In this document: positions 12,111 through 26,182 of the stretch, one piece after another
How positions within the stretch are numbered: position 1 is the first letter of the stretch
How the letters are laid out: each line of letters opens with the position of its first letter
DNA from: Octopus sinensis
Taxonomy: Eukaryota
Direction of reading: 5' to 3'
Assembly: GCF_006345805.1 (NCBI RefSeq)
Contig: NC_042999.1
Location: 94,984,001 to 95,048,000 of the forward strand
Length of the DNA: 64,000 bases
Program-made: the position numbers and the translations under genes
The notes under the pieces: generated by a model
What the model saw: only the letters and a program-made list of their open reading frames with translations
The model's database searches: none
What the model was told of the DNA's origin: nothing

Positions 12111-14463
12111 ATCAAAATATAATATTGATATTTCTCGTCTCAGAAATGCTTAGCAAAAGAAATCTGGTCGAGAGGGGAAATGTTGGCCAAGAAACGCGTT
12201 TTGTAATACCACACTGAATCTGAAATTATAGATATAGCCTTGAATCTTGAAAAGAAAATGGAATTGATGCTGTTGCCTGTGAAGATAAAGATGTAAGTGA
12301 AAGATTCACTACCGATAAATTGAGTTGGCGGGTAAACTAATGAAAGAACTAGAATAACTTTTTCGCTATGTTGCCAATAGCGAATTCCCATTTGATGCAT
12401 GAAAAAGTATACAGGAAAAGAAATGGAACAATTTTGCGTCAAGGCAGTAGTCTACCAACTGCAGCTACTTCGACTTCATGTAACATGGATGACTTTCCTG
12501 TAGCACCGCGAAAATATAATGCATCAACTGTCAACAGTAAAAACAACCAATAATCCTGACTGACCTCCCCTTTATGACTTATTTTAATAAGTTGCATTGT
12601 GACACTTTGAAAGTGGTTGTACGGTATTATTCTTTATAATACAGGGCGTGTACTTGTAGCTAGCCATCTATCAATACATTATTATTTGGAGGTATGGAAA
12701 GAGCATTATAAGAGGGCCGAAAGGGTATTAATGAATTATTTAAATTCTTCGATGACTGCCACCACCTTATTAATAACCTGTTTTTGCTACTAAGCTTTCA
12801 TGAAAACAGCTGTGTTTATTACCTTGAAACGTACTATGAAAATGGAAACACTTTTCGCCTCTTTATCAAATTTTGAAATATGAAAATACAGATGTTTAAA
12901 GCTAAATTTATCGCTGCACGTTATATCCTAAGGAGCTTCTTTCAAAACGTAACGTTAAAGATAACACTGTATTCTCACTGTTGAGAGAGGAATGTTTCAG
13001 CAAAACAGCATATATGCAAATATATGCTCTTTACGATTATCTTTCAACTGAAGATTCGGAATTTGAATGGTCTAAAATATTTATGCCTCCATATTTTTAA
13101 ATAGCTGAAGGGTAGTAAGAGTGTTTCTCCCTTCGTAATCTGTTTTCTCGTGAATAATCGAATGTGTGTTGCGAAAGTTATTTGGCGAAAAGAGTGTTCC
13201 AAACGTTTGGAACATAACGACGATCCATTTTAAAGTGAAACAAAAGTAATAATTTCCTGCTCTCTTGTCAGTAGATATGTTGGATGGGAAAGTATTCGAA
13301 CAGTTTAGATCTTTGCATTTATTCCTCTATATTTGTATAGATGTGTGGAATTATCGATATAGAAATCAACTGTTTATTGTAGAAGTAACTGTGGTTTTTC
13401 TGTTTTCTTTTTCTAAGAACAAAATCATTCCTAGGTCCATCAACGTTTCTAGAGCTTCTCTGTTGCATTGTCTTGATGAAGGGAATGTTATAGGCATTTG
13501 CTATTACCGCCTTTTTAAGTGGAACAGCAAGGATCATAAGAATTATCTTGTTCATGATTTAGATAATTATCGATTTTAATTGTTAACAATTAACTGCAAA
13601 CAACTTCCAACAACCAGTAAATGTTCTTGGTTTATTACTATGACCTGTATATGAGTTAATATTTAGTCTGTATTATTTCTCTATTAATAAAACAACTATT
13701 GGTAATTTAGTTTGTTATTGGTGTTGTTTTCTTTCTGTGGAATTTCATAAAGGATGAATGCATTATAAACAAATATGTGCTAATATACTACATTACAACA
13801 GAGAGCACGAAACAAAACTTGACCGAAAAAACTTTCTGATAACACGACCGTCTTTATAGAGAATTTCGCAAAATCTAGATTAGCGATGGAAGCTTTATTA
13901 ACAACAAAATATAAATTAAAATTAATGCACTGACACAGCATCCTTGTAATAGACAAAGAACATTTACTGGTTGCTGAGAGTATTTTAGTGTTAATGACTA
14001 AAATTTTTAAAAAAAGTATGATGATTAATAGCAACAACACTCCCATGATTATTAGTGATCACTATGAAAATGGAACAAAAACCGAGAAGATAGAGATCGT
14101 TAATGGGTATATATTGTTCCAAAGGGAACTTAAAAGACTAATAAGACAATTGTTAAAAATAAACGATTAAACCTCAACATAATGTCTTCAGTATAGCAAA
14201 TAACATGCGCATATTACTTTTACTTTTGATTTGTTATTTTGTTTGTTTTGTTTTCTTTTTCAATATTTATTGCAATGATGTGCGTACATATATTGCAGCT
14301 GATATATATATTTAGCCAGTGACATGCGGCCATGCAAGAATACTAACAATTCTACAGTCAGTTTGACATTATGCGACAACTATGGTTGGGAGCAATGATG
14401 CAGGAGACTGGGAATTAATGTGTTGTATGTATGTATGTATTTATGTATGCATATATATGTATG

Positions 14464-14498
<35 letters not shown>

Positions 14499-14537
14499 TA
14501 CACACACGCACACACATACACGCACACACACACATAC

Positions 14538-14567
<30 letters not shown>

Positions 14568-14568
<1 letters not shown>

Positions 14569-14772
14569 AAGTTAATCCAAACAAGAAAGCACAAAAAAAC
14601 ACAACAACGCGAGGACGTGGAACAAATATAGTATTATTGGACGCTAAGGAAAGAAGGAGTGTTTAACGTTTCGAGCGGAGCTCTTCGTCGGAAACATAGG
14701 AGGAGGAAAGATCCAGAGAAGGGAAGACAGAGGGAAAAAAATCGCCAACGGAACACATGCGGTCACATTTTG
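14568..14772 (-). mobile_element. Short Penelope-terminus-like element, subfamily H1, between (TA)n tracts
   Basis: High identity to 1238-1414 and flanked by (TA)n on both sides. Confidence 0.85.
14660..14696 (-). ncRNA. Minimal type-I hammerhead ribozyme motif
   Basis: Minus strand reads tgttt-CCGACGA-a-gagc-tcc-gctc-GAAA-cgtt-aaaca. Stem I TGTTT/AAACA, stem II GAGC/GCTC, palindromic ACGT stem III; core has a U4-to-C variant. Confidence 0.65.
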
Positions 14773-14779
14773 AATATAT

Positions 14780-14829
<50 letters not shown>

Positions 14830-14839
14830 ATATATATGT

Positions 14840-15245
14840 AGGTGCAGATTTAGTTGTGTGGTGAGAATCTAGCTACCCAACCACATGGTTCCGGATTCAG
14901 TCCCACTGCGTGGCACCTTGGCCAAGTTTTTTCTACTATAGCCACGGGCCGACCAAAGTCTTGTCAGTGGATTTTGTAGGCAGAAATTGAAAGAAGCCCA
15001 TCGTATGCATGCATGTATGTATATGTGTGTATGTATCTTTGTGTCTGTGTTTGTCCTCCCATCACCGCTTACAACCGGTGTTGATGTGTTTACGTCCCCT
15101 TAACCTTGCGCTTCGGCAAAAGAGACCGATAGAATAAGTACTGAACTTTAAAAATAAGTCTCAGGACCGAGCAATCGACTAAAGCATTTCAAGGAGGTGC
15201 TCCAGTATGGCCACAGTCAAATGGCTGAAACGAGTAAAAGAATAA
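14840..15245 (+). mobile_element. SINE family B (tRNA head, CORE-like domain, internal microsatellite)
   Basis: Head ggtgcaga..gtgtggtgag..ggattcagtccc, CORE-like tgcgtggcaccttggccaagt, tail ggtgctccagtatggccacagtcaaatggctgaaac. Homologous to 33790, 35770 and 36259. Confidence 0.9.
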
Positions 15246-16474
15246 AACAATATATGTGTGTGTGTGTGTGTGTGTCTATGTATACATGCATGCATGTATG
15301 TATGTTTAACCGAAGCTTTTCACTTAATAAATCCCTGTTTTGCCTCTTATTTGTGACTGTGTGTGTATTTTAGCCTTTTGTTGTGTTGTTAGTTTTGCTT
15401 ACGCCATTATTACATATTTTTGTTAGAAATTCTGTGAAGGAAAGACGTTTTGTTTAATAATGTTTTCCCATTTTCTGACCTTTTATGTTGTGTGATGTAA
15501 TGCAATGTTGTCGTCCATTGATGTAAAAACATGATGATCCGGCGACAAGGTGTCGCACCTGTATGAGCAATATTGCAGTTGGAGCCAGAAAGTTCAGAAC
15601 ATGTTTGCAGTGTAACTTTAATTCCAATTGAGAAGAAAGCTTTGATTTTAGTGTTTTAGGAACATTCATTATACAAACAAACGGTAAAAAGAACACTCAT
15701 GTAAAAATATTTGAAAACATTACGACAATGAAAATTGCATCATTCCTTTTTTCCTCTTCTCTATAAATGAAAATCTTGCCCGCACATGATGATCCAACTT
15801 TTCTTCTCCTTCTCATGTAAAATATCTTTGAAATTATTTCTCTTTTATTATGCGAGTCGTTAAAAATTTCCGCTAAATTTTTCTTTCTTTTCTCCAACGA
15901 AGATGAAATTTTTCAATTTGAATGTTTTATACTTAGTTGTAACTCAGGATAAATATATTAATTTCTTTTTGTGTGTTTATGTAGTATATAAATATTATTT
16001 AAATATCATAGAAATAATTAAAGATCTTAATGGTATTTAAATTTAAATAACATTTGAGTATAGAATAATTTGTATAATCTTATTTTTTAATTGACATGGT
16101 TGTAGATAATTACATTGTGTGTTATATTAATGTTTTGTTTAATTTAATTATTCTTGGATATATATTATTTTAGAATATTAGGTTATACAAGTTGCATATG
16201 TGTGTGCGTTTGGTCCCAGGTTCGATCCTACTGCATGATATACAGTATAAAACATGGAAACTCATCGGATGGTTTGCACCAGCAATACAAAGATATAGAT
16301 TTGTCACAGTTTTATACTTGTCACACACTCTTATACTTCTCTCACACTCATATGCTAATTTTGCTCACGACTGCACAAGTCTGTTAAATTCTCAGCCGTT
16401 TGCATAATAATTCAATGAGCAGGTAATTCAGTTGAAAAGAAAATTGAATCCTTATTGTAGAAACTGACGGATAT

Positions 16475-16665
16475 CCACATCACGTCGGACAAAATGCTTC
16501 GCGGCATTTCGATCGCCTTTACATTCTAAGTTCAAATTCCACTCTTCAATTGAGCACTTTCACTTTCAGTTTTGTCTTCCACTTTTTTAGTTGAGTACTG
16601 GTATTCAATTTAATAGTCTAGCCTCTCTTCCAAACTTCAAATCTTATGCCCATAGTAGAAAGGTT
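16475..16665 (+). mobile_element. SINE family A, degenerate
   Basis: cggacaaaatgcttcgcggcatttcg..gttcaaattcc..atgcccatagtagaaagg. Confidence 0.65.
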
Positions 16666-17169
16666 ATGTGGGCCTAATGAGAGATCCGTGAGTTACGTAG
16701 TCAATGAATATGGATTTCGAAACCTAAGGTACACCTAACTGTGTCAGTTGACTATTTTAGTAATAAAATTCAGCTCTATTGACAATGCAGAGCACTCCTT
16801 TCTCACTTCTGATTTTCCCCGGAAACTACAAATATATAGAGAGAAGAGGGAAAAAGAGAGGAAAGAAGAGCCAAGTGCCACTGGCGAACGAGTATGGCGG
16901 CTTGGTAGCATGTAAAGTGCTTTAGCTAATTGCTTTAGTTCCCTATGCAGTCCGTGCAAATATAGAGACTTCTTGATTCTTCTACCTACCTTCACACACC
17001 CACACACACATACACACATACATATACATACATTCGTTTGTGTGTATGTGTGTGCATGTATGTGTGCGTGCCAGTATCTACAGATGTTTGTATATATGTA
17101 CATATGTATGTACGTGCGATTTTGTGCATGTGTCACTAACGATTTATTTTTGTTGATCCTATCTAACTG

Positions 17170-17432
17170 TATCTCTCTCCTTTCTCTCTCTCTCCCTGTT
17201 CTCTTCCCTCTCTCCTCTCCGTCTTTTCTCTCTTTCTCTCTGTCTATCTCCCTTTGTCTGTCTCTTTCTCTCTGTCTATCTCTCACTTTCTCTCTGTCTT
17301 TTCTCTCTCTTTCTCTCTGTCTATCTCCCTTTGTCTGTCTCTTTCTCTCTGTCTATCTCTCACTGTGGCTCTTTCTCTCTCTCTATCTCTCACTGTGGCT
17401 CTTTCTCTCTCTCTTTATTTCCTTCTCCCTCT
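17170..17432. repeat. CT-rich low-complexity/minisatellite tract
   Basis: Repeated ctctctgtctatctccctttgtctg and ctatctctcactgtggctctttctctct units. Confidence 0.9.
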
Positions 17433-20034
17433 TTGTTTACATATCTGTCAGTGCGTATAGCTGTAGATAAGAAGTCACTGTCATCCTAGTTTCTCTGTGT
17501 AATAAATGTATATTAAAACAATACGATCATAAAAATATGAATCTCCTCTAAGATTAATAAAACCCATCAGGAGTAGGAGCCTGGCTACCAATCTGTCAGT
17601 GTGTATGAATGTGCTTTTGTATCTGTACGTGTAAATATTCGCTGATGAGATTCTGTCCAGCCTTTTACTAAGAAAATCCATGCAAACTTAATCATTAAGT
17701 ATGTGAAAAATGTAAGTTTTGATAATTTAGCAATATTTCTTTCACATGATGCCAAGATAACAGCTATTTTACTGTGCGTGTGTGTTGGGTTGTGTATGCA
17801 TGTATGCGTTTATGTATGTATTCTCTTCCGTTTTTTTTTCTTCTTTTGTTCGTTTCTTTTTTCTTATTCTTGGTATTTCTCCAAAAACGGACGAATTGAT
17901 CTCGAAGAAACAAGGCTCCATCATTAGACCGCATGCAGCAAAATATAGATCTGTAAAACATCTGACATTATCTGTCGCAGCTTATAGTATGGAGAGGAGA
18001 ATGTTTTATGTTTCAGAGTATATCTAATTTAATAAGATTTATTATATCATATCCTTCAAAAGGTGAAGTTATGTAATAGTTACTAGACCAACAAAGAATT
18101 TAACCTCTCCGTCGATGTCGATACCGTTGTCTAAATTGTAAACTAGATAATATTGACATTGTATGCACTGTGCTTCACTCAAATTCTATGAATGTTCATC
18201 GGGTCATATTTTCAGGGGTCGAGTTATGCATGATCACAAGCGTGATCACCACTCCCAAAGTTTCATTCTTTTCAAAGTGTTATACATTTTAGTATAATTG
18301 GTCTTCTCGCTGTTTAATAAATATGGTGTGAAGGATATGAGATTCGACAGATCTACAAATTTTATCTGAAATAGAATACTTCAATGCCGTTACTTCTGTA
18401 TAAATATACATTTTAATTTAAACTATTTAAGTTTTGATGTTAGTTTAATGGTTTTCCCCTATTTTATCATTTGAATGGTTATGCAACACATTCATTGTTG
18501 GACAGTCTAGTTAAAAGAAAAGTTTTGTTTACTATGACTTTCTAAGTCTGGTAATGTACATTTTGCTTAGGCAAAATATACATGGGTTTTAAACAAGACT
18601 ATAATGATATATTTTTGTTTAACCTCATATATTTGTAGATTTCATTGTCCAGAACAAATTTTAATATATAATATTATGGCTGCTAGTTTTGTAGTAATCT
18701 ATCAAGTTAATACAGGGTTCGCACTCTCAATTTATCATTAGGTTCATTCGAGCTAATCTAACTTCATTCAGATGTCATGTGAAGTGGTTGTTATGATAGC
18801 AAATAGATACTTAGATACATTAATGCTATTTTCAAGTCGTCATCAAGAATGCCACGATGATGTAAGCTTTCTTTACAAATGAGTACCGAAGCATATAGTC
18901 ACTGAATTTATGCTAGGAATTTAATGCTACAGAAATTACATCAGACTATGTCGAAATGCCCGTTTCACCTTCGCAATGAAGGCATTCTTAGTTTCTGTTG
19001 TTGATGATGTTGTTGCAGTTGAGAGTTGTATGAGTGTAGGTATGAGTGTAGGGGATGTTTTATTAGCCTCTATCGCATTCGTTAAATGTATTCATTATCG
19101 AAACAGCTTTATAAATGCTGAGATTCATTTACCAAAACCTATCCCACTGGTCCTTTCCGGTATTTCATTGTGATATTCTCAGTCACTAATCATTATCTTG
19201 GTAAGAATTTTTACTCGCTTGTATTGAGAAAAATCTATTGTCGAGAGAACTATTTCAAAACTTTATATTGTTTCAACGTAAAGTTTAATGGACTTTTTCA
19301 ATTATTCTTGTACAAAACATTTACGGATGTATGTATGTATATACAAGCGTGTGTGTGGTGTGTACGTATGGGTGTACATCCATACGTACACACCACACAT
19401 ACATATATATAAATATATATGTATATTTATACATATACACATGTATACATATATATATGTATATTCATACATATATATGTATATAGGTATCTATGTATGT
19501 ATACATTTATACAAACATACATTTATACATAAGTTTATATACACATATATACACTCACTCACACACAGACATATATGTACACATACACACTTACTCACAC
19601 ACAGACATATACACATACGCACGAACGCGCGGCGCGCACACACACATACATTTTTTGCGAGTAGGCGTATGTGTTTCTGACTAGTTATGTTTAACGACTG
19701 TCTTCATCAACTAACTACTTGGTGATAAGACTATGAAAGGAAATTTACAAAATAAAGGTATGTTATTCATTTCGGAGAGTCTCCAGTCTTGAAATCTATA
19801 GAATGCTTCGCATACGTCCGTGGTTTCAGATATGCAGGTCATCGAAAGTCTATAAATTGTAACTTTTGTTTGTTTTTCAATAATACAACTTCGTGTATGT
19901 GATAAGATTGAGTGCATGTTTTGATCCCTCGGCTTCTAAATATCATCCACTTTCTAAACTGTGAGTGAACGATATCCATCTATTTGTTTTGTTTTTCTTT
20001 CTTTTTATTGCTCTAAAATAAGAAATATCAGATA

Positions 20035-20252
20035 CCGTATTTTCGGCATACTAGTGTAAACATTCAAATATCGTCACTATTTTTACAAATCCTGTTGCAT
20101 TTTTCATTCCTCTAATGTCATCTCTCACTATTTTTACAAAACCTGCTGGATTTCTCGTTCCTCTAATGTTGTCTTTTTTGTATAAGTCCCCCTCCCTTTT
20201 TGGGCTGTAAATTTGGGTCTGAAAAATTTGATTTGTATGCCGGAAAATATGA
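20035..20252. mobile_element. Pogo/Tc2-type MITE
   Basis: TA-ccgtattttcggcatac ... gtatgccggaaaatatga-TA termini, with an internal ~50-bp tandem duplication (20074-20173). Confidence 0.65.
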
Positions 20253-20862
20253 TATGATACATTTTTTTCATGTTTTTGATTATTTCTGCATCTTTTTTTT
20301 TTTCGGCTACATCAATAACTTACAAATTGTTATTATTGAAAATATTATTGTTTTTATTGTTGCTTATTCCCAGATCAAACCAGAGACATTTCTTTGATCA
20401 CAGGTATTCCAACTATGGTCCTGTCTTTTCTACTTGGTATCTAGGACTACATGATCCAATTCACATATGTTCTTTACGTATTCAAGGTGTAAGGGTGTGA
20501 TCTGGGATGTGAATGTTAAATCTTGATGGTCAAGAGATTACATAGGACACCCCTATGATATTATTAGCCATTATTATCTGTTTTCTTTTTTTTTTTTGCA
20601 TTTCAATATTATTTCGATCAAAATTATTCTCGAAGCAATATTGTACCAGATGACAAAATAATGTGCGACAATTTGATGCTGATGACAGTTCTGTAGTTTT
20701 GGGCAGTCTTATTCACTTATTCGACCCGTGAAAATTTACGTCATGCTTGTGTAACTATGCGTGCTGAGACTACACATAGATATTATTCATGTGTAGAAAT
20801 ATACATACAAAGTATATTTGTAGAAATCAAGAATATAAAATTTAGTGACATATGTGTGTGAG

Positions 20863-20921
<59 letters not shown>

Positions 20922-21259
20922 AAGAAAGAGATAGATAGATACGCATATATACATATGTATACATAGATACACTCATATATATATGTATGCATATATACAT
21001 ATACATACATATATACGCTAACATATCTTTATATATTGACATTTATTGAGATAGATGTTATATACATGAGCGTATGTATGTAAATATGTGTGTGTGAGTG
21101 AGAGAGAGAGAGAGATTACGTGTTTGTGTTTATAAATATTTTTTCAATCTACTAAATGTGTATACCTGTATATCTGTCTTTCTAAATATCTATGTATTTC
21201 TGTCTGGCTTTGAAGATAACTTTCTTTTATCTAATTGCCTATCTTTCTATATAACTATA

Positions 21260-21263
<4 letters not shown>

Positions 21264-21325
<62 letters not shown>

Positions 21326-21330
21326 TGTGT
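21264..21330. repeat. (TG)n microsatellite
   Basis: Directly visible. Confidence 0.95.
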
Positions 21331-21836
21331 GCATGTGTGTATACAAAAAAGAGACATCGAAGAAGAGGACAGAAGGAAAACAGAAGACTTGTGAATGGTG
21401 ATGGAAGGGTTCATTTACTTGTCTATACATCTAGACATATAGCTGTAATTATATACATGGATATACATCCAAACGGACAAAAGCGTAATATTAAGCTAAA
21501 AGCTGAGTGCGGGAAGAGTACATCTATATATATACATACAAGTGTTGACAGTCCATTTTCAAAGGCAACTGTGCATAATGATAGTAATTTCTATATTTAT
21601 GATGTGTTGCCTCACATGACAACCAAGACTCTACTTAAAATTGCATCTATATATAGGATGCTGAATCTCTGTATCTGTGTGTTAGGATCCTTATATATGC
21701 ACATAGATTCACAGTCATGTGTCTGTGTGTATACGTTCTTGAATGTAAGCAAATTTGTAAAATTAAAAGTGTATATACTTACACATATATATATGTGAAC
21801 ATTTACTTATATATGTATATATGCATACATACACAC

Positions 21837-21893
<57 letters not shown>

Positions 21894-21996
21894 CATTCAT
21901 TTATACTTACATACATACATACATCAACCCACTTATTTATTTATGTGTGTTTATTAATATATATTTATACCAATAGATAGAGAGAGAGAGAAAGAG

Positions 21997-22245
21997 ATGG
22001 CTTAGTGGTAGGGTATCCAGTTCATGAGCGTAAGGTCATAAGTTCGATTCCTGGTGGCACGCTGTGTCCTGTATCCTTGAGCAAAACATTTTAATTTACG
22101 TTGCTCCAGTCCGCTCAGCTGGCTAAAATGCGTTGTATTTGTAATTCAAAGGGCCAGCCTTGTCACATTCTGTATCACACTGAATATCCCTGAGAACTCT
22201 GTTAAGGGTACGTGTGTCTGTAGAGTGCTTAACCACTTGCACGGT
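21997..22245 (+). mobile_element. SINE family D (tRNA head plus CORE-like domain)
   Basis: A-box TGGCTTAGTGG and B-box GTTCGATTCC, followed by CORE-like tccttgagcaaaacattt..cgttgctccag. Confidence 0.8.
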
Positions 22246-24012
22246 ATATTTCATGATATATATTTGTATGGAGTGTGTGTGTGTGTGTGTGTGTGGTGTG
22301 TGTATCTATCTATCTATCCGAACATATGTGTAAGTGTACAACATATATAATTCCAACGTACGCACAAATGTAATCTTACCATTACCCAGTTGTTATGGAT
22401 ATCACAAGATATTGTGGCGAGTTATAGGTTCATAGGTAAAATAGGATGACAAATCCTCAGCTACAGTTAGCAGTCTATAACCAGACAGACCTCTCAAGCC
22501 GAATGCAATTTCAGAAATACTACATGGTCTCTTTTAAATGGAGAATACTTATCAAAAGAAAACTATAGAGAGTAGATATAGAATCAGCAGTCTCTACTGT
22601 AAAATGCATGCGAGGTTAAAAGAGAGTATTTTTAAATGAAAGTTTGCGGAGCATACCCATTCTCTAGTATCCAGAAGTAAGTGTAGTGAAAAATCCTCTT
22701 CAAATATATTTGGTTGTTAAAAGACAGAGGAGAAAGCAACCCACTAATTAATGGAATACTGGTGCAGATGCACAGACACACAATGGCCGTGGTAACTTCT
22801 ATCAACAATGTGCAGCTTAAAAGTTCAAGATCCTGACTATAGCTGGATATATCTTAAAGAGGATGAAACAAATCCAGTAATGCTTACTTGCAAAGAAATA
22901 TAAGCTCAAATCTTGAAGCATATTCTTCTACCAGTGGCTTTCGAACTACAGTTTAACTCATGCCACAACCTAAAGCCAACTCATAGTACAGCAGAAGATT
23001 TGACACATAAAACTGAGTTGAAGCACTAACTCCTAGTAACAAATCAAGCACAGTATCTCCTCTCCCTTATAAGAGAAACATGTTCGTAGACGTAGCATGA
23101 GACAGGCGCCTCAAAGAAACATATTTTTTTAAGTCATGTAGAGTTGTCTCCTCTCAAAGAAAAAGCTCTTTATGTTGCAGTCTCTTGCATGTGATTGACG
23201 TGATCAGATTAACTGATTAACTTGTGCTGTCTCGATGCTACCTTGAAGGAAGATACCATTTTCTGTTTTTATTACAAATAGACATACCCTCGGCTTTATA
23301 GAATATTCTTAAGACTTGAATTTATGGAAAACACAATCACCCGGTTATATGAATGTGTGTGTGTGTGTGTGTGCCCGCTTATGTGTGTTGTGTACAAACG
23401 CAAAGGCAAAATATTACAAAAATAAATTTAATAATATTTTTTTCCAAAATAGGTATGCAGGCAGATATTTGAGAGCAGGTTGTTAATTGTTTAACCCGAT
23501 CCCATTACTTAGTCGCTACTTTATTTTATCGATCACGCAGACAGATGAAAGACGAAGTTGAGTGAAATTTGACCACAGAGCATAAAAATGCCAGAAGTAC
23601 CCGCAAACATTTTGTCCGATCTTCTAACTATTCTACTCATCTAACATCCTGATAATACTTACTTGTGACGTAGGCACAGAGCCTGAAATTTGGAGTCGAC
23701 AATATGAACCACAGGAAGAGTTAATAATAATAATAATGAATAAATTTTAAATCATAATGAATAAATTTTAAACCACAGTAGATTCTGAGTTCTACGCCGC
23801 AAGCAGATTCACAAACCTCGCGAGGAATGAAGTCTATTATATTTGCCGTATATAATTAATACAGCAAATATAATAGACTTTACAATTTTTTTTTTCAAGA
23901 TATATTATGAATAAAACTTAACAGTAGAAATCTAGTTAATTGCTCGGTAGTAATTGTGTGTGTGCTGCATGCGTGTATATGTGTGTGTCTCATATATATG
24001 TGTGTGTGTGTG

Positions 24013-24063
<51 letters not shown>

Positions 24064-24180
24064 ATGTATAATCCTTATACAAAAATATTATTGACAATTA
24101 CTTCGACGTTTCAGCCATTTAGGCCATCGTCAGACTGTGATGCATTGAAGGTGATGTTGGCTTTATATAGTCTCTCTTAG
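24064..24180 (-). mobile_element. Short Penelope-terminus-like fragment, subfamily H3
   Basis: Adjoins a (TG)/(TA) tract and carries a hammerhead core. Confidence 0.5.
24101..24139 (-). ncRNA. Minimal hammerhead ribozyme motif
   Basis: Minus strand reads CTGACGA-t-ggcc-taaat-ggct-GAAA-c-GTC. Canonical core and GUC triplet; stem I pairs poorly. Confidence 0.55.
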
Positions 24181-24338
24181 GCCGATAGAATAAGTGCTGG
24201 GAATAAGTACCGATATAATAAGTACTGGGCTTACAAAGAAGAAGTCCTGGGGTCGACTTCTTCGACTAAAATCCCTTTAAGGTGATGCTCCAGTGTGAAC
24301 GCATTTAAATACGTGAAACAAGTAAAAGAATAAAAGAA
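24180..24338 (+). mobile_element. SINE family B, 3' part
   Basis: gatagaataagt..ggcttacaaagaagaagtcctggggtcgac..gaaacaagtaaaaga. Confidence 0.8.
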
Positions 24339-24444
24339 CATATATATACACACACATACATAAATGCATACGTCTGTATAAAACCAGAATTAAGATTTTA
24401 AATAGAATCAATAATGTAGAATTTTAGCTCACATAAACATACGT

Positions 24445-24541
<97 letters not shown>

Positions 24542-25129
24542 GTTTCAGATTACGATGACATTTACGTATCTGTCTTATATGAAACATTAAAGATTCTTCC
24601 ATTCTGTTCCTTCTCTTTCACATACACATTTCTGCTGTATCTCTAATGGATTATTAACTTTTTATTGGCTACTCTCCACTCGTTTATAGATGAATTCAAA
24701 TATGTTCTGTAAAGCTATTACACACACACTTACGTGTGTGTGTGTTGGTTTCTATTTCTGACAATGCGAATTCGTTCACTTATTTTTCTGTATGTTATTA
24801 AGATATTAACAAGTACGTTAATGTTAAATGCTTTTATTCTCTCCTTTATTAATTCTTCATTTGTGAAAAAGAATCTAAAAACCTTTTCAGCAAGTATTTT
24901 ATATTGACGTTCTGTATCTTTATGGGCATTCACTGTCCCCATCCATCTATACATATTTATTAGCGGTTTTAATGTACGCTGAACATACAAATATGTAATT
25001 CTCATTTACAAAGGGTTTCTGATCACATTTTTAAATAATATAACGATGAGACTGATAATTAACAATGTTTTCATTAGCAGAAATAATCACAGTAGAGTTA
25101 AATACAATGATAAAGAAATAGTTTGCTGC

Positions 25130-25310
25130 TAGGCGAGCTGGCAGAATCGTTGGCATGTCGGACAAAATAATTAGCGGCATCTTCCGGCTTTTTACCTTCA
25201 AAGTTCAAATACTATTAATGTCAACTTTGCTTTTCATTTTGTCGGAGTCGATAAAATATGATTTCATTAAAGTAGTGGAGTCGATGTAATCGAGTCCCAT
25301 TTCTATTCCC
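25130..25310 (+). mobile_element. SINE family A
   Basis: ggcgagctggcagaatcgttggc..gttcaaat..gtcgataaaat. Confidence 0.8.
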
Positions 25311-26182
25311 AAGCTTGAATTCTAATATCCGTCCGAAGAAACAAGAGAAAGACAAGTCAAAAATATGTGACTTACATAAGCCTTTATCGTGCATAGTATA
25401 TCTAGCCTTCTAGTAAACTTGCTAACTATATAAAAATATTTCTAAAATGCTTTCAAAAAGAGGTTTCAACCACCTATAATGACGGGACTTTATTTCCAAT
25501 GTTTTCATCTGCCATAACAGAAATTTAGTTAAATTCTGTCATTAGTTAAAAATAACATTGTTAACTAACACTGTTCTTTAATCCAACAAGAGAGACACCT
25601 CAGACTGTTTTTTAAATTCCAGATTTACATTAAATATTGAAATTCTTGAGTCATATGTATGAAATATGCTTTGGGTTTCTTTGATTTTGTTTTTGTTTTG
25701 TAAGGGTTTTTGTTTTGCATATCTGTATGCTTTTAACACCAAACTAATATTAGAATTCAAGCAGGATAGAGAATTGTTATCAAAGTTGTATTTCATACGT
25801 TGTTGATATTTAATTCTTTATAAATCCTGACTGAACAGATCTATGATCAAAGGTGTCTTATCCATGAGCATACTTCGCTTCTTCTGGCACTGCGTATCTC
25901 GACTACATTATCGCATCAATTTAAAGGCAGTGAGGTGCAATTTGAGCGAGATTTTGTACCCATTTCTAACAAATTCAGCTACCACCTAAGTGCTCCCTCA
26001 GTAAATTCACATATTATGTACATCCGCTTTAGAATTTTTACTTTCTATAAATTATGATTTATATTCTCGTGTGATGTTATTGACCGCAATGACATGGACA
26101 TGTAGAGCGCATCAAATTGTGACTCCAGTAGTCAACTTCCTCAGCATCTTGTTTGTCAAGTTTATAAGGAAGCCTATAAATG

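Noticed and set aside
12150-12560. Possible Tigger C-terminal relic
   Set aside because: Acidic/basic pattern only; no diagnostic motif readable.
15480-15900. Possible Helitron Rep remnant (DSHNKREIISKIF..HVRARFSFIEKRKKG)
   Set aside because: Only vague similarity to the DR.D..ARVF and EFQKRG motifs; too degenerate to call.
21997-22055. tRNA gene (also at 49260-49320 and 33790-33860)
   Set aside because: A and B boxes are present, but the cloverleaf is incomplete and runs into SINE bodies with no terminator.
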